Counted from the stretch's first letter, positions 1 to 9,319 are shown. The stretch is DNA of 64,000 bases from Spirochaetae bacterium HGW-Spirochaetae-1 (GCA_002839375.1 PGXY01000004.1:277817-341816); one strand, 5' to 3'. Program-made: numbers and translations. The notes: generated by a model not told the origin, from the sequence alone.

Positions 1-610
1 GGTATCCCTTATTGCCGGCGAAGTAATATCCCGTGCGGATCATGAAATCGAGGGTGGCGACGATAATGGGAGTTTCCTCACGCTTTTTCTTCGGTTCCTT
101 TTCTTTCTCCAGCGTGTCCTTTACGGTTTCCTTCTCCTGCCCCTTCCTCATCTCCCGTTCCTGCTGGAGCTTTTTCATGTAGGCGTCGGTGAGCCACTTC
201 AGCACCTCCTTGTTGTCGGGGTCGTACTTCAGCACCAGCTCGCCGATGCGGACGGCGTTGATGTAATCACCGGTTTTATAATATATGAAACCCAGTTTTT
301 CGCCGGAGAGGGTCTGGGATGGCAGCCGGCGGAGTGCCTCTTCATAGTTGACGATGGCCTCTTTGACATTGCCCGCAAGCTCATAGGACCAGGCCTTGTT
401 GTGGAAGGCCATGGCGGAGTCCTTATCGTATTTTTCAATGGCCCGGTCGAATTCACCGATAGCCTCTTTGTACATTTTCTTTTTTCCCAGGTCAACACCG
501 CGTTTATTCATGGTCTGCGGGTCTTCGGCGGAGAACGCCGCAGCACCCAGCAGCATCATGAATATGCCGGTGAGGAGGAGAAAGAGTAGCGATCTTTTTC
601 TTTTGATCAT
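1..610 (-). CDS. TPR-repeat secreted/lipoprotein-like protein (partial; C-terminus beyond window start)
   Basis: Manual translation of the minus strand from ATG at 610 gives MIKRKRSLLFLLLTGIFMMLLGAAAFSAEDP..., a signal-peptide-like N-terminus followed by TPR-like helical repeats (AIGEFDRAIEKYDKDSAMAFHNKAWSYELAGNVKEAIVNYEEAL...). The frame is open to position 1. It is absent from the ORF track because it is truncated at the window edge. Confidence 0.55.
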   Translation of the reverse strand, partial: MIKRKRSLLFLLLTGIFMMLLGAAAFSAEDPQTMNKRGVDLGKKKMYKEAIGEFDRAIEKYDKDSAMAFHNKAWSYELAGNVKEAIVNYEEALRRLPSQTLSGEKLGFIYYKTGDYINAVRIGELVLKYDPDNKEVLKWLTDAYMKKLQQEREMRKGQEKETVKDTLEKEKEPKKKREETPIIVATLDFMIRTGYYFAGNKGY

Positions 611-899
611 GGGCTGTTCCTGTCCGGTGAAAAATCGTTCTGTTTGATTCCAGGTATTTCACATATCAATTATTATGTTGAAGATGATATGCATGTACCT
701 GTAATATATACAGCATTATTTTATTTTCGGCAGAAAGAGGCAATTTTTTTTGTTGAATCGATTCATCCTGGATATATTTGACGTGCTTTCCGCTTTTTTG
801 GTTGCTTTTTTCGCGGAATACCCTATTGAAGAGGTATGTATCCGGCCCTGCAGACACGGGGGAAACAATTCCTCCCGATAGAAGGATTGGAGGCTTCCC

Positions 900-1442
900 A
901 TGCATGATACAGGAAAAATCCTACGGCATATCCATGTGAAACAGGGGGATATCACCGGGGAAGAGACCGATGCCATTGTCAACGCGGCCAATCCCTCCCT
1001 TCTGGGAGGCGGCGGAGTTGACGGCGCCATCCACCGGGCAGCCGGACCGGGACTCCTTAATGAATGCCGCGGTCTGGGTGGCTGCAGGCATGGAGAGGCG
1101 CGTATCACCGGCGGGCATAACCTGAAGGCCCGGTACGTCATCCATACGCCGGGACCCATCTACCGGGGAGGGAAGGACGGTGAAAGGAATATCCTCCAAA
1201 GCTCTTATCACAATTCCATGAACCTGGCCCGGGAAAAGGGCTGTACATCCATATCGTTCCCCGCCATATCCACGGGGGTATACGGGTATCCCCGCGATGA
1301 AGCATGCCGTGTTGCCGTTGATACGGTGATTGATTTTATGAAATCGGAAGAATATCTGATTGATGTATATTTCGTTCTTTTTGATAATGACAATTATTCT
1401 CGCTATGTTAAATATGTGAAGGAGCTGCAGGACGGGATATGA
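900..1442 (+). CDS. Macro domain protein (O-acetyl-ADP-ribose deacetylase / MacroD-YmdB-like)
   Basis: It has the GDITGEETDAIVNAAN...LLGGGGVDGAIHRAAGP motif characteristic of macro domains. A GGAGG RBS lies 10 nt upstream of the ATG. Confidence 0.8.
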   Translation: MHDTGKILRHIHVKQGDITGEETDAIVNAANPSLLGGGGVDGAIHRAAGPGLLNECRGLGGCRHGEARITGGHNLKARYVIHTPGPIYRGGKDGERNILQSSYHNSMNLAREKGCTSISFPAISTGVYGYPRDEACRVAVDTVIDFMKSEEYLIDVYFVLFDNDNYSRYVKYVKELQDGI

Positions 1443-2275
1443 ATTATACAGAAAGGCTGAAAGAAGCATCGGACAGGTTCGACAGTATTGTCTGCCTTGG
1501 ACTGGACCCGGTTGTGGAAGACATTCCGGAAAAGGGGGAACCGGCCGAGTGCATATTGCGGTTTTACGAAAACATCCTGGATAAAATTGTCCAGAAAAAG
1601 GTATTCCCCGGTTCGGTGAAACCAAACTACGCATTCTATGCCCAGTACGGTCTGAAGAGCATCGAGACCCTGGAGAAAATCGTGGGCCTGTACGCCAGGG
1701 AAGGCATTCCCGTCATACTCGATGTGAAACGCGGTGATATCGGGAAAACGGCCCAGGCCTATGCCCGCGAGGCCTATGAGTACTTCAAGGCCGATGCGGT
1801 CACCCTGTCCCCCTATCTGGGATATGATTCCATCGGTCCCTTTGTCGAGGAATATCCCGACAAGGGCAGCTACATACTAACCAAGACGTCGAACAAGAGT
1901 TCCGGCGAAATACAGGATGTTTCGTATAACGGCGCTCCGTTCTATGAATACATGGCGGCCATGATCCTGAAATGGCACCATCCCGGTATGGGTTCCGTTG
2001 TGGGTGCCACCTATCCCGAACAGCTCGACGCCATATCTTCTATTTTCATCGCGTCGGGGAAAGAGGTTCCCCTGCTGATTCCCGGTGTGGGAACCCAGGG
2101 TGGAAGCCTGGCGGAGGTGCTCCGGAGCCTTAAAAAATTTCCCGACATGCGCATTCACCGGATTAATTCCTCCAGCGCCATCAATTACGCCTACAAAAAG
2201 AATCCCGGTATTCATTATGCCGACGCGGCAGTTGAAGCCCTGAAACAGCTCAATGAAGAGATAGGGAGCATGTAA
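1439..2275 (+). CDS. pyrF: Orotidine 5'-phosphate decarboxylase, type 2
   Basis: It has the LDVKRGDIGKT signature of the long-form OMP decarboxylase and is about 278 aa. Its start overlaps the upstream gene's stop by 4 nt. Confidence 0.8.
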   Translation: MNYTERLKEASDRFDSIVCLGLDPVVEDIPEKGEPAECILRFYENILDKIVQKKVFPGSVKPNYAFYAQYGLKSIETLEKIVGLYAREGIPVILDVKRGDIGKTAQAYAREAYEYFKADAVTLSPYLGYDSIGPFVEEYPDKGSYILTKTSNKSSGEIQDVSYNGAPFYEYMAAMILKWHHPGMGSVVGATYPEQLDAISSIFIASGKEVPLLIPGVGTQGGSLAEVLRSLKKFPDMRIHRINSSSAINYAYKKNPGIHYADAAVEALKQLNEEIGSM

Positions 2276-4440
2276 TGACCAGGGACGCTCTGGACAGGGC
2301 GCGGGACACCGTTCTCATAGTGACGTCCCATGAAAAACTGGCCCGGGAAATAATTTTTTCTCTGGGCCCGGGATACGCGGCGACCCGGGCGGCAAACGCC
2401 ACGGAAGCCTTCAGCTTCATGACCTTCCAGCGGCCGGGAGTGATCATTGCCGACAGTGATCTTCCGGAGAAGAGCGGCATCGAGTTCCTGCATAACATTC
2501 GGGGCGGGTACCAGACCAAGCTGATACCCTTTATCATGATATCCCGAAAGGACAATACGCAGCAGCGTATCCGGGCCATAGAGGCGGGAGCCGATGCCTA
2601 TCTCAAGTACCCCTTTCTCGGCGAGGAACTGAGGGCCTTTGTGGCCTCCAAGCTGCATAAGTACCGGGAATTCTATCTTCTCTCCATCACCGATGAGCTG
2701 ACACGTCTCTATAACAGAAAAGAGTTTATCAAAAAATTCAATGACGAGACCGATGTCAGAAATTCGGGGACCATCGCCCTGGCTATTCTGGACCTGGATT
2801 TTTTCAAGCGGGTGAACGATTTATACGGCCACCAGATGGGGGACCAGGTTCTGCAGAAACTGGCCGAGATGCTTCGCGGAAGAAGCTCTTCCTCGTTTTT
2901 CCCCGCCCGCTTCGGCGGAGAGGAATTCGTTATTCTCTTTCCCGGGTTCAATACGGACCAGGCGAAGGTTGTCATGGAACGCCTTCTCCATGATTTTTCC
3001 CTCGTGCCTTTTAAAACAGAAAAGACAACTTTCTACGTGACATTCAGCGCCGGGATCGCTGAATATCCCGCCATGGCTTCCAATATATCGGAACTCCTTT
3101 CCCGATCGGACCAGGCCCTGTACGCCGCCAAAGAAGACGGCCGAAACCGGATCTATTCATTCAGCCCCATCATGGCCAGGAATGACAAGTTCTGGGAATA
3201 TCTTCGTTCGAACCGGGGGGTATTCATCGACAGCAGGGGTTGTGATTCTATCACAAAACTCCCGTATCTGCCCCAGCTCCTGGAAACCGTGGTGAACCTT
3301 GATTTTGAGCTTAACAGTATCGGGGTACTCGTGATCCGGTTCAGGCCCCTTTTTGATTTTGAAAAATATTTCGGCACGAAGAACTATTACTATGACATCG
3401 AAAATATCTCCATTATCATACAGAAATCCATAGAGCTCATATTCCCCACGGACATGTACGTGGGGCACAGCGATATTTTCGACCGGGAGTTTTTACTGCT
3501 GTTCCCCAGTATAATTGACTTCACCCTTAATACTGAAAGATTCAATGAAATTTGCCGTGAAATCTGCACGACAATTCAATACAGCCTCAGTGAATTTTCC
3601 ATGAATATGGAGTGTTCCTTCGGCATCATCCCGTATGAACGAATGAATCCCCACGGCATGTACCGTTCCATCAATGCCATACGCGGTGAAATGAGTATCC
3701 ATTCCGACAAGAGTGAAAAATTTATCAATTATCTGAAGACCATGGGCAATGGCGGCGGATCAGAGGACCTTCATGAAATCATGGAAATCAAGAATTTCTA
3801 TTCCATTGATCTCCTGGAGCCCCTGTACCAGTATCCGGCCCTGAAGGAGCCTCTTTCCCGCGATACATTTTTCAGCGCGATTCTGGAGGAAAGCATTACC
3901 GGCAGGGAGAGTCTCGGGACATTTCTTGTCGCCCTCAGGGGCGTCGTTCCCGGGGACACGGGGCTGCCGCTTCTTCTTCCCTGGATATCATCCATTTCCT
4001 TTGACGAATACGTTGATATAGCCGCGGGGGTTTTCGGCGAAAGGGAGCTTGTTATTCTCATCAATGAGAGCGGTATACCTGCCGTATTGAAGTCCGGCTA
4101 CATCAATACTCCCGCGTCGCTTCCCGGTACGGTGAGCATCGGGCTCGATAACTGCTTCATCGGCGCAGATATCCTGGGGTACCTTTCCATCATGGATTTC
4201 AGGGTATGCATTTTTTCCGAGAACATCTCCCGCAAGCTCCACCATTTCAAGGACCGGATCAAGATCATCAGCGGACTCATTCTTTTTCTCGACCAGGTGG
4301 GAATTCCCGCCCTGGCCCGGAACGTGCAGCTTGAGGAGGAATATCATATCCTCCGCGACCTGCACATTTCCTGCGCCGGCGGCGCTTATCTGGAAACCAT
4401 CAGGGAAGGCATCATGGAAGAGGCGCCGCTGAAGCTGTGA
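2275..4440 (+). CDS. Response-regulator receiver–GGDEF diguanylate cyclase with additional degenerate GGDEF-like and degenerate EAL-like C-terminal domains
   Basis: The N-terminal REC domain shows VIIADSDLPEKSG. The GGDEF domain has an intact RFGGEEFVILFPG. A second cyclase-like segment carries HSDIFDREFLLLFPS, and the C-terminus resembles EAL but with DNCFIGAD replacing DDFGTG and ARNVQ replacing EGVE. Confidence 0.75.
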   Translation: MTRDALDRARDTVLIVTSHEKLAREIIFSLGPGYAATRAANATEAFSFMTFQRPGVIIADSDLPEKSGIEFLHNIRGGYQTKLIPFIMISRKDNTQQRIRAIEAGADAYLKYPFLGEELRAFVASKLHKYREFYLLSITDELTRLYNRKEFIKKFNDETDVRNSGTIALAILDLDFFKRVNDLYGHQMGDQVLQKLAEMLRGRSSSSFFPARFGGEEFVILFPGFNTDQAKVVMERLLHDFSLVPFKTEKTTFYVTFSAGIAEYPAMASNISELLSRSDQALYAAKEDGRNRIYSFSPIMARNDKFWEYLRSNRGVFIDSRGCDSITKLPYLPQLLETVVNLDFELNSIGVLVIRFRPLFDFEKYFGTKNYYYDIENISIIIQKSIELIFPTDMYVGHSDIFDREFLLLFPSIIDFTLNTERFNEICREICTTIQYSLSEFSMNMECSFGIIPYERMNPHGMYRSINAIRGEMSIHSDKSEKFINYLKTMGNGGGSEDLHEIMEIKNFYSIDLLEPLYQYPALKEPLSRDTFFSAILEESITGRESLGTFLVALRGVVPGDTGLPLLLPWISSISFDEYVDIAAGVFGERELVILINESGIPAVLKSGYINTPASLPGTVSIGLDNCFIGADILGYLSIMDFRVCIFSENISRKLHHFKDRIKIISGLILFLDQVGIPALARNVQLEEEYHILRDLHISCAGGAYLETIREGIMEEAPLKL

Positions 4441-4510
4441 TCACCGCTTTGTTTTTTCCATAATGCATGTTTACAGAAAGGACGAGAAGAGCGCGAAGGC
4501 AAAAGCCCGG

Positions 4511-5038
4511 TCAGGTGATTTGGCGTTTCTTTGTACCCGCCTTCATCATGCTCCATACAACCATGTGATGAAAAGGCCGGATCAGGTTGAAATACACCGG
4601 CCCGGTCCAGTGAAGATACCTGACGGACGTGAATACGTGATACCGTGTACAATTCGAACTTAATTTTTCCGCTATGACACCGAATAACGCCGTTAAGTGT
4701 TTATCGTCGGGTGTTTCTGAAACCCAGTACTTATCCTCTTTTGCATCACGCACAATAAAGAATGACGCTTTTTCGCCGGGCGTAAAGGAAAGATCCTCCG
4801 GTTTTATTGAGGGCAATATCTCCGGCTTTTCATGACGAACCAGCCCGAGGATGCCTACAAGAAATTCCCTGATTCTATACAGAGAAACCATCCACCAGGG
4901 ATAGTAAGAGAGCATTCCGGAAATGAAACTTCTTAAATCGATATCACTCTCAATGGTTTTAACATCGATATGATCCGCATTCTGGAAATAAATCTCAAAC
5001 TCTTTGTATTTTTGAATTATATTCATTTTGTGATTCAT
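4511..5038 (-). CDS. Hypothetical protein (possibly DUF2867-like), at left edge of low-GC island
   Basis: It is a 175-aa ORF with intermediate GC and no motif I can assign with confidence. Confidence 0.45.
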   Translation of the reverse strand: MNHKMNIIQKYKEFEIYFQNADHIDVKTIESDIDLRSFISGMLSYYPWWMVSLYRIREFLVGILGLVRHEKPEILPSIKPEDLSFTPGEKASFFIVRDAKEDKYWVSETPDDKHLTALFGVIAEKLSSNCTRYHVFTSVRYLHWTGPVYFNLIRPFHHMVVWSMMKAGTKKRQIT

Positions 5039-5191
5039 ATAACGACAAAATGAGCTGTGCGAACCGCTGGTGAAGACTCCTTTAGCAAATCAGTTTAATC
5101 TCAACTGAATGGTTGAACTGCTTCAAATAAAGCGGGTCGAATCAGGCTCGATTTAATGTTAGATTTATTTTCTTATTGTGATTAATTCCTC

Positions 5192-6559
5192 TTAGACTTG
5201 ATGACGATAAAAACCTAATAAATCATAATTATAACTTAAATTTGAACCATTGAAATTTGATATAGCTATTAATTGAACGTCAATTTCTTCCATGTTAAAG
5301 AGCCTAATTATATCAGTAGTATATTCTTCATCATGTAACCACTCAAATGTGTTAGCAAGTTCCCTTCCTAGCTTTGTGATTATTATTACATTTATAGTTT
5401 TCTCTTTAATATTATTATTCCACGATATACGCCAGCCTCTATTTCCACATATCAAAGTTGAATCACTTTTTAAATTTACACTACGATTTGTAATCAATCC
5501 TACTTCTTTGAGTGTTTCTAAATCTTTTGAACTTATTCCAATAGAAGAATTATTTTTTATAAAAATAAACATTTCCTTTGGCTCGGGTAAATACAATGTT
5601 CTATGTTTCGCTATTTTGGTAAATATATCCTGTTCCTCTTTTGAAAGTGTTCTTAGTATTTTATCTGGTAACTCTTCTAGCATTTTATTCGCATTAAAGA
5701 AATATATTGGATTCCAAGATTTTACTTTCATCTTTACTTGTTGATCTTTTGTATTTCTCATAGGGAAAAATGAAATTCGGTGAGGATTATCTTCGATGTT
5801 AATACTTGATGTTAATTTAGCTTTTTCAATTGAAATGCATCTATTGATAATTGCATTAAAAAATAAACTAAGTTTTTTAAAATGAAAATCAATAAAATCA
5901 GTAGTTGTCCAATAATATTTTTGAGTTAATGGTGTATCAAGATTAGGATATCCATCTAATTGTTTTGGAATTGGGAGATAACCAATTTCAACAGGAGGTG
6001 ATATTGCTTGAATAGGGGGAGAAATTTGATGTATCCATCTATTACGTGTTGCAACAATACTATCAGAGGTAGGTCTATTTTCAGTTAGCCATACTTCTAG
6101 TGATTTTATGTGAGAACCAATTATATCATCTGAATTAGCTATTCCCTCACGAAATGCATGGTGTCTTAAATCACATTTTTTTTCCGGACGTCCAAGATTT
6201 AAATAACTATTTAGGAAAAGTCCTATAGAATCAAGAGATGCTTTTCCATGAGAAATGAAATCGAAAATTGCTTTTGAATGCTGCGCCTGTCCTACCGGGT
6301 CAAAGGGAAGAACACCTTCTTCGAATTGTTTTGAAATTCCACTTTCTATAGCTATTGCTTCTAAACCTGCAATTTTTGCCCATTGTAATTTTATAAGGGA
6401 ATCGATAAGAGCTTTGTATTTTTCCGACTTAATTTCAGATTCTTTTACAAGTTGAGATAGTAAGACAATTTCCTTATAACCTATTTCAGGCAAGAAATCA
6501 AATGCTACACGGACAAAAAAGTGAGGAGCTTTCTCAGGCAATTTAATGTCATTATTCAT
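5192..6559 (-). CDS. Hypothetical 455-aa soluble protein, low-GC island gene B (candidate effector of novel two-gene cassette)
   Basis: It is a long ORF in a roughly 30% GC region with AT-rich codon usage and no transmembrane segment. The N-terminal all-alpha region contains a basic/His motif CDLRHHAFREG. No family recognised. Confidence 0.6.
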   Translation of the reverse strand: MNNDIKLPEKAPHFFVRVAFDFLPEIGYKEIVLLSQLVKESEIKSEKYKALIDSLIKLQWAKIAGLEAIAIESGISKQFEEGVLPFDPVGQAQHSKAIFDFISHGKASLDSIGLFLNSYLNLGRPEKKCDLRHHAFREGIANSDDIIGSHIKSLEVWLTENRPTSDSIVATRNRWIHQISPPIQAISPPVEIGYLPIPKQLDGYPNLDTPLTQKYYWTTTDFIDFHFKKLSLFFNAIINRCISIEKAKLTSSINIEDNPHRISFFPMRNTKDQQVKMKVKSWNPIYFFNANKMLEELPDKILRTLSKEEQDIFTKIAKHRTLYLPEPKEMFIFIKNNSSIGISSKDLETLKEVGLITNRSVNLKSDSTLICGNRGWRISWNNNIKEKTINVIIITKLGRELANTFEWLHDEEYTTDIIRLFNMEEIDVQLIAISNFNGSNLSYNYDLLGFYRHQV

Positions 6560-6703
6560 TAAATTTTTCCTTTATTAATTGTTTTAGAATATTTTTCTAT
6601 ATTCTTGCCGCATAATAAGTTTTTGCAAATTCAAATCTAACGCTAAAGGTCACGAGGCCTGAAGCGCCAGCGCAAGGCTCCCGTGCACCTGTTTGTTCGG
6701 CTC

Positions 6704-7327
6704 TCATTTATTCTCAGAATTAGTCCAAAGAGATTTAAGGTATACTTTAGGATCAGTATTACTAGGCAATCTCTCTCTAAAAATAAGGCCCTTAAATGTC
6801 ACTTCTGGACGTTTATTAATTTCATCAGACACAACAGCCGTATAAACAAGCTGATATAATGATAAATCTGAATAAGATTGGCCTTTGGCTATGTATGATG
6901 AACCAATTATTATTGGTATACTCGTTTGATCAAAAATTTTCACATAACCTGTTTCCCTGAGTACATTTTTTTCAAGGTAGCCTTCAATATAACCTCGAAT
7001 GATTACGAGAGATAGCATGAAATCAGGTTGAGATATATTCCATTTGTCTTTATCAAGTTGTGGAGGTAGATGAACTGCAGCGCACTGTAATTGTATATTT
7101 GTATCTATCGTAGAAAGAAAAAGTTTATCATTGCTTTTGTTTATTGTCCCTCTATAAATTGCAGATCTGGAAGCAATAAAATCTTCTGTTGTTAAATTCA
7201 AAGCTTTCTCAGATATTGAACAACTTCTTATGGACACAACAATTGCGATTAATGAAAAAATTATAGATCCCACAGAGATTATAACTGTAGATGAAAACCA
7301 TGTTTTTTTTCTTTCATCATCATTCAT
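6704..7327 (-). CDS. Hypothetical 207-aa single-pass membrane protein, low-GC island gene A
   Basis: It has an N-terminal hydrophobic helix (WFSSTVIISVGSIIFSLIAIVVSI) followed by a roughly 170-aa hydrophilic domain. It runs co-directional with, and 144 bp upstream of, the 455-aa gene. GC is about 30%. Confidence 0.55.
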   Translation of the reverse strand: MNDDERKKTWFSSTVIISVGSIIFSLIAIVVSIRSCSISEKALNLTTEDFIASRSAIYRGTINKSNDKLFLSTIDTNIQLQCAAVHLPPQLDKDKWNISQPDFMLSLVIIRGYIEGYLEKNVLRETGYVKIFDQTSIPIIIGSSYIAKGQSYSDLSLYQLVYTAVVSDEINKRPEVTFKGLIFRERLPSNTDPKVYLKSLWTNSENK

Positions 7328-7806
7328 ATTTTCTTACCTGTATTAGCCTAACAATTCTTCTACAGATATTCCGTAAATATGCACAATATTAATAAAAATT
7401 GCTCTAAAAAGTCAACGACAATCGTATGTATAGTAGAAAATGATTTTTAAATTCTGTATTCCACGCTTAAAAGAATGATAAAAGGCATTCAAAAGTAAAT
7501 GTATTTTTAGATGTTCCCTGAACATACTTCGCGGCCTTCGCGCTCTTCTTGTAAAAATTCTTATCATTGAGATAAATATCCCTCTTTCCGGAATTTTGGG
7601 AAAGAGTGTTCTACAGCGACACAGTGGCACAGAGTTTTTAAGGGCAATATTTTTTCTATATTGAATGCTATTTTACGATGGTACAAATGCCATTTGAACA
7701 AATAGATAAAATATTTCTTGCAGCTAAACTTTATCAAGAAATCAAACTCTCTGTGTCTCCGTGCCTCTGTGGCAAATTATCTTTTTTCTCATCAGGTAAA
7801 ATATTA

Positions 7807-8325
7807 CTACCGCACCTGCCGGTAATAAATCCTCCGCATCTCGTAAAAGAATTCCAGGTATTCCGTCTTTTTATAATCAGGATAGGTCCAGGGCCAGAAC
7901 CGGAACTGCTTTCCGGAATAGTGGTATTCATTTTCCAGGTACACGCCCTTTTGCAGATACACGCGGTGATAGAAGTCCTTGCATGAGGCCAGGAAGACAT
8001 TGGCGAGGGTCATGTACCCGGGATCAATATTGACGCGGCGCTGCCCGCCCGTGGAGTGGATATCTTCAAGGGAATTGGTGAGGAGCTTGATAGCGGCGAT
8101 TTCCTCCCGATCCATAAGTCTCTCAAATGAAAGGAGTACTTTGTACAGGGGCTCGCCGATTTCACGGTAGTATTCCGTGTTGTCGAAAAGGATGGGGCCG
8201 CTGCAGAGATCGGAAGGGCCGAAATGCTCATTCAGTTTTTCTTCTATAGAGGAGAGATCGGCGGAATCCCTGTAGAGGATGCCGGCGAAGAGTTTTGCTT
8301 TTTCGGGAATTAATGGCTCAGCCAC
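7807..8325 (-). CDS. Conserved hypothetical protein (possibly DUF4416 family); start ambiguous (ATG 8367 overlapping ispD by 50 nt, or GTG 8325 with GGAGA RBS)
   Basis: The ORF track gives 7807..8367. A GTG at 8323-8325 preceded by cggagaagcaaaaac avoids a long overlap with ispD, whose stop is at 8318-8320. Confidence 0.55.
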   Translation of the reverse strand: MAEPLIPEKAKLFAGILYRDSADLSSIEEKLNEHFGPSDLCSGPILFDNTEYYREIGEPLYKVLLSFERLMDREEIAAIKLLTNSLEDIHSTGGQRRVNIDPGYMTLANVFLASCKDFYHRVYLQKGVYLENEYHYSGKQFRFWPWTYPDYKKTEYLEFFYEMRRIYYRQVR

Positions 8326-9013
8326 GTTTTTGCTTCTCCGCGATCCATTTCGCCAACTCGTAGTCAAAGGTCGTGGTTATTTTGAAATTTTCCGGACTTC
8401 CCTGGACAGCCGCAACGGCGGAGCCTGAACTCATGACCAGGGACACGTCGTCCGTGGCCGTGCCGCTGCCGGAACTGCGGGCCAGGTCGTGGGCGTGCCT
8501 GATAACACCGTACCTGAAGGCCTGGGGTGTCTGGGTTTGATAGAGGTACTGCCGGGGCGGGATGGCTCTGACCCTGGTATCGATTATTTCCGTAATGGTG
8601 TCCGTTGCCGGGATATATACACCGCAGGCCCCGGTATTCCGGGCCTCCTGTATGCAATTGGCGATGATTTCGACCGTCACAAAGGGACGCGCCGCGTCAT
8701 GGAAGAGGAGTATATCGTTGTCGTGAAAATCATGGCAGTTCAGCGCGTTCCAGGCCGATTCCTGGCGCGTGGCTCCGCCGGCCGTGATTTTCAGGACCTT
8801 GGGTTCAGGGCACGCCGCCACATGGTCTTTCATCCAGGGGATACGCTCCCGGGGACACACGATGATGATATGGTCAATTTCCCGTACTGCGGAGAAGGCG
8901 TCCATGGACCAGCGGATTACGGGTTTATCTCCCAGGGGGAGAAACTGTTTGGGGGTTTCGGCGCCGAGGCGGGTTCCCTGCCCGCCGGCCAGGATGATGG
9001 CATGGATGGTCAT
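8318..9013 (-). CDS. ispD: 2-C-methyl-D-erythritol 4-phosphate cytidylyltransferase
   Basis: The N-terminus reads ILAGGQGTRLGAETPKQFLPLGDKPVI, and the protein is 231 aa, typical IspD length. Confidence 0.85.
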   Translation of the reverse strand: MTIHAIILAGGQGTRLGAETPKQFLPLGDKPVIRWSMDAFSAVREIDHIIIVCPRERIPWMKDHVAACPEPKVLKITAGGATRQESAWNALNCHDFHDNDILLFHDAARPFVTVEIIANCIQEARNTGACGVYIPATDTITEIIDTRVRAIPPRQYLYQTQTPQAFRYGVIRHAHDLARSSGSGTATDDVSLVMSSGSAVAAVQGSPENFKITTTFDYELAKWIAEKQKRG

Positions 9014-9319
9014 GTGTTTTCTTCCCGGAAAAATGATTTTTTAGGCACCTCCATATAATGATGTATGGAGGCGCCCTTATTGAAGTAGTATGAAGTGTAT
9101 TGAAAAAAGTAAAGAAATAAAACGATGCTGAAATCAGTAACCTCATGATTGACGGTGAAGAATCAGCTGAATTTGCCGGATAGAAAAATTGATTGACCTG
9201 ATGGGAATAATGACAATATGAGTATGGATTATGACGTGAGGATATATACTCGGAAACACGGCATTTCCCGGGAAAACCGGGAATTCCATACCTAAATACC
9301 CTTTGCAGAATGAGTAACA

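Noticed and set aside
921-1634. 237-aa ORF on the minus strand
   Set aside because: It is antisense to the macro-domain and pyrF genes, which carry clear family motifs, and it has no motif support.
4463-4663. 66-aa plus-strand ORF in the convergent intergenic/3' region
   Set aside because: It overlaps the 3' end of the minus-strand 175-aa gene and has a basic low-complexity translation and no RBS.
5100-5160. tRNA-like fragment (AGCGGGTCGAATCAGGCTCG, resembling a T-arm) at the left border of low-GC island 1
   Set aside because: It is only a weak resemblance to the GGTTCGAATCC T-loop consensus. No acceptor-stem pairing or full cloverleaf could be built by eye, and no direct repeat was found at the other island border.
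8364-9058. ORFs of 91-189 aa on both strands overlapping ispD
   Set aside because: Alternative frames of the ispD region; ispD itself has clear family motifs.
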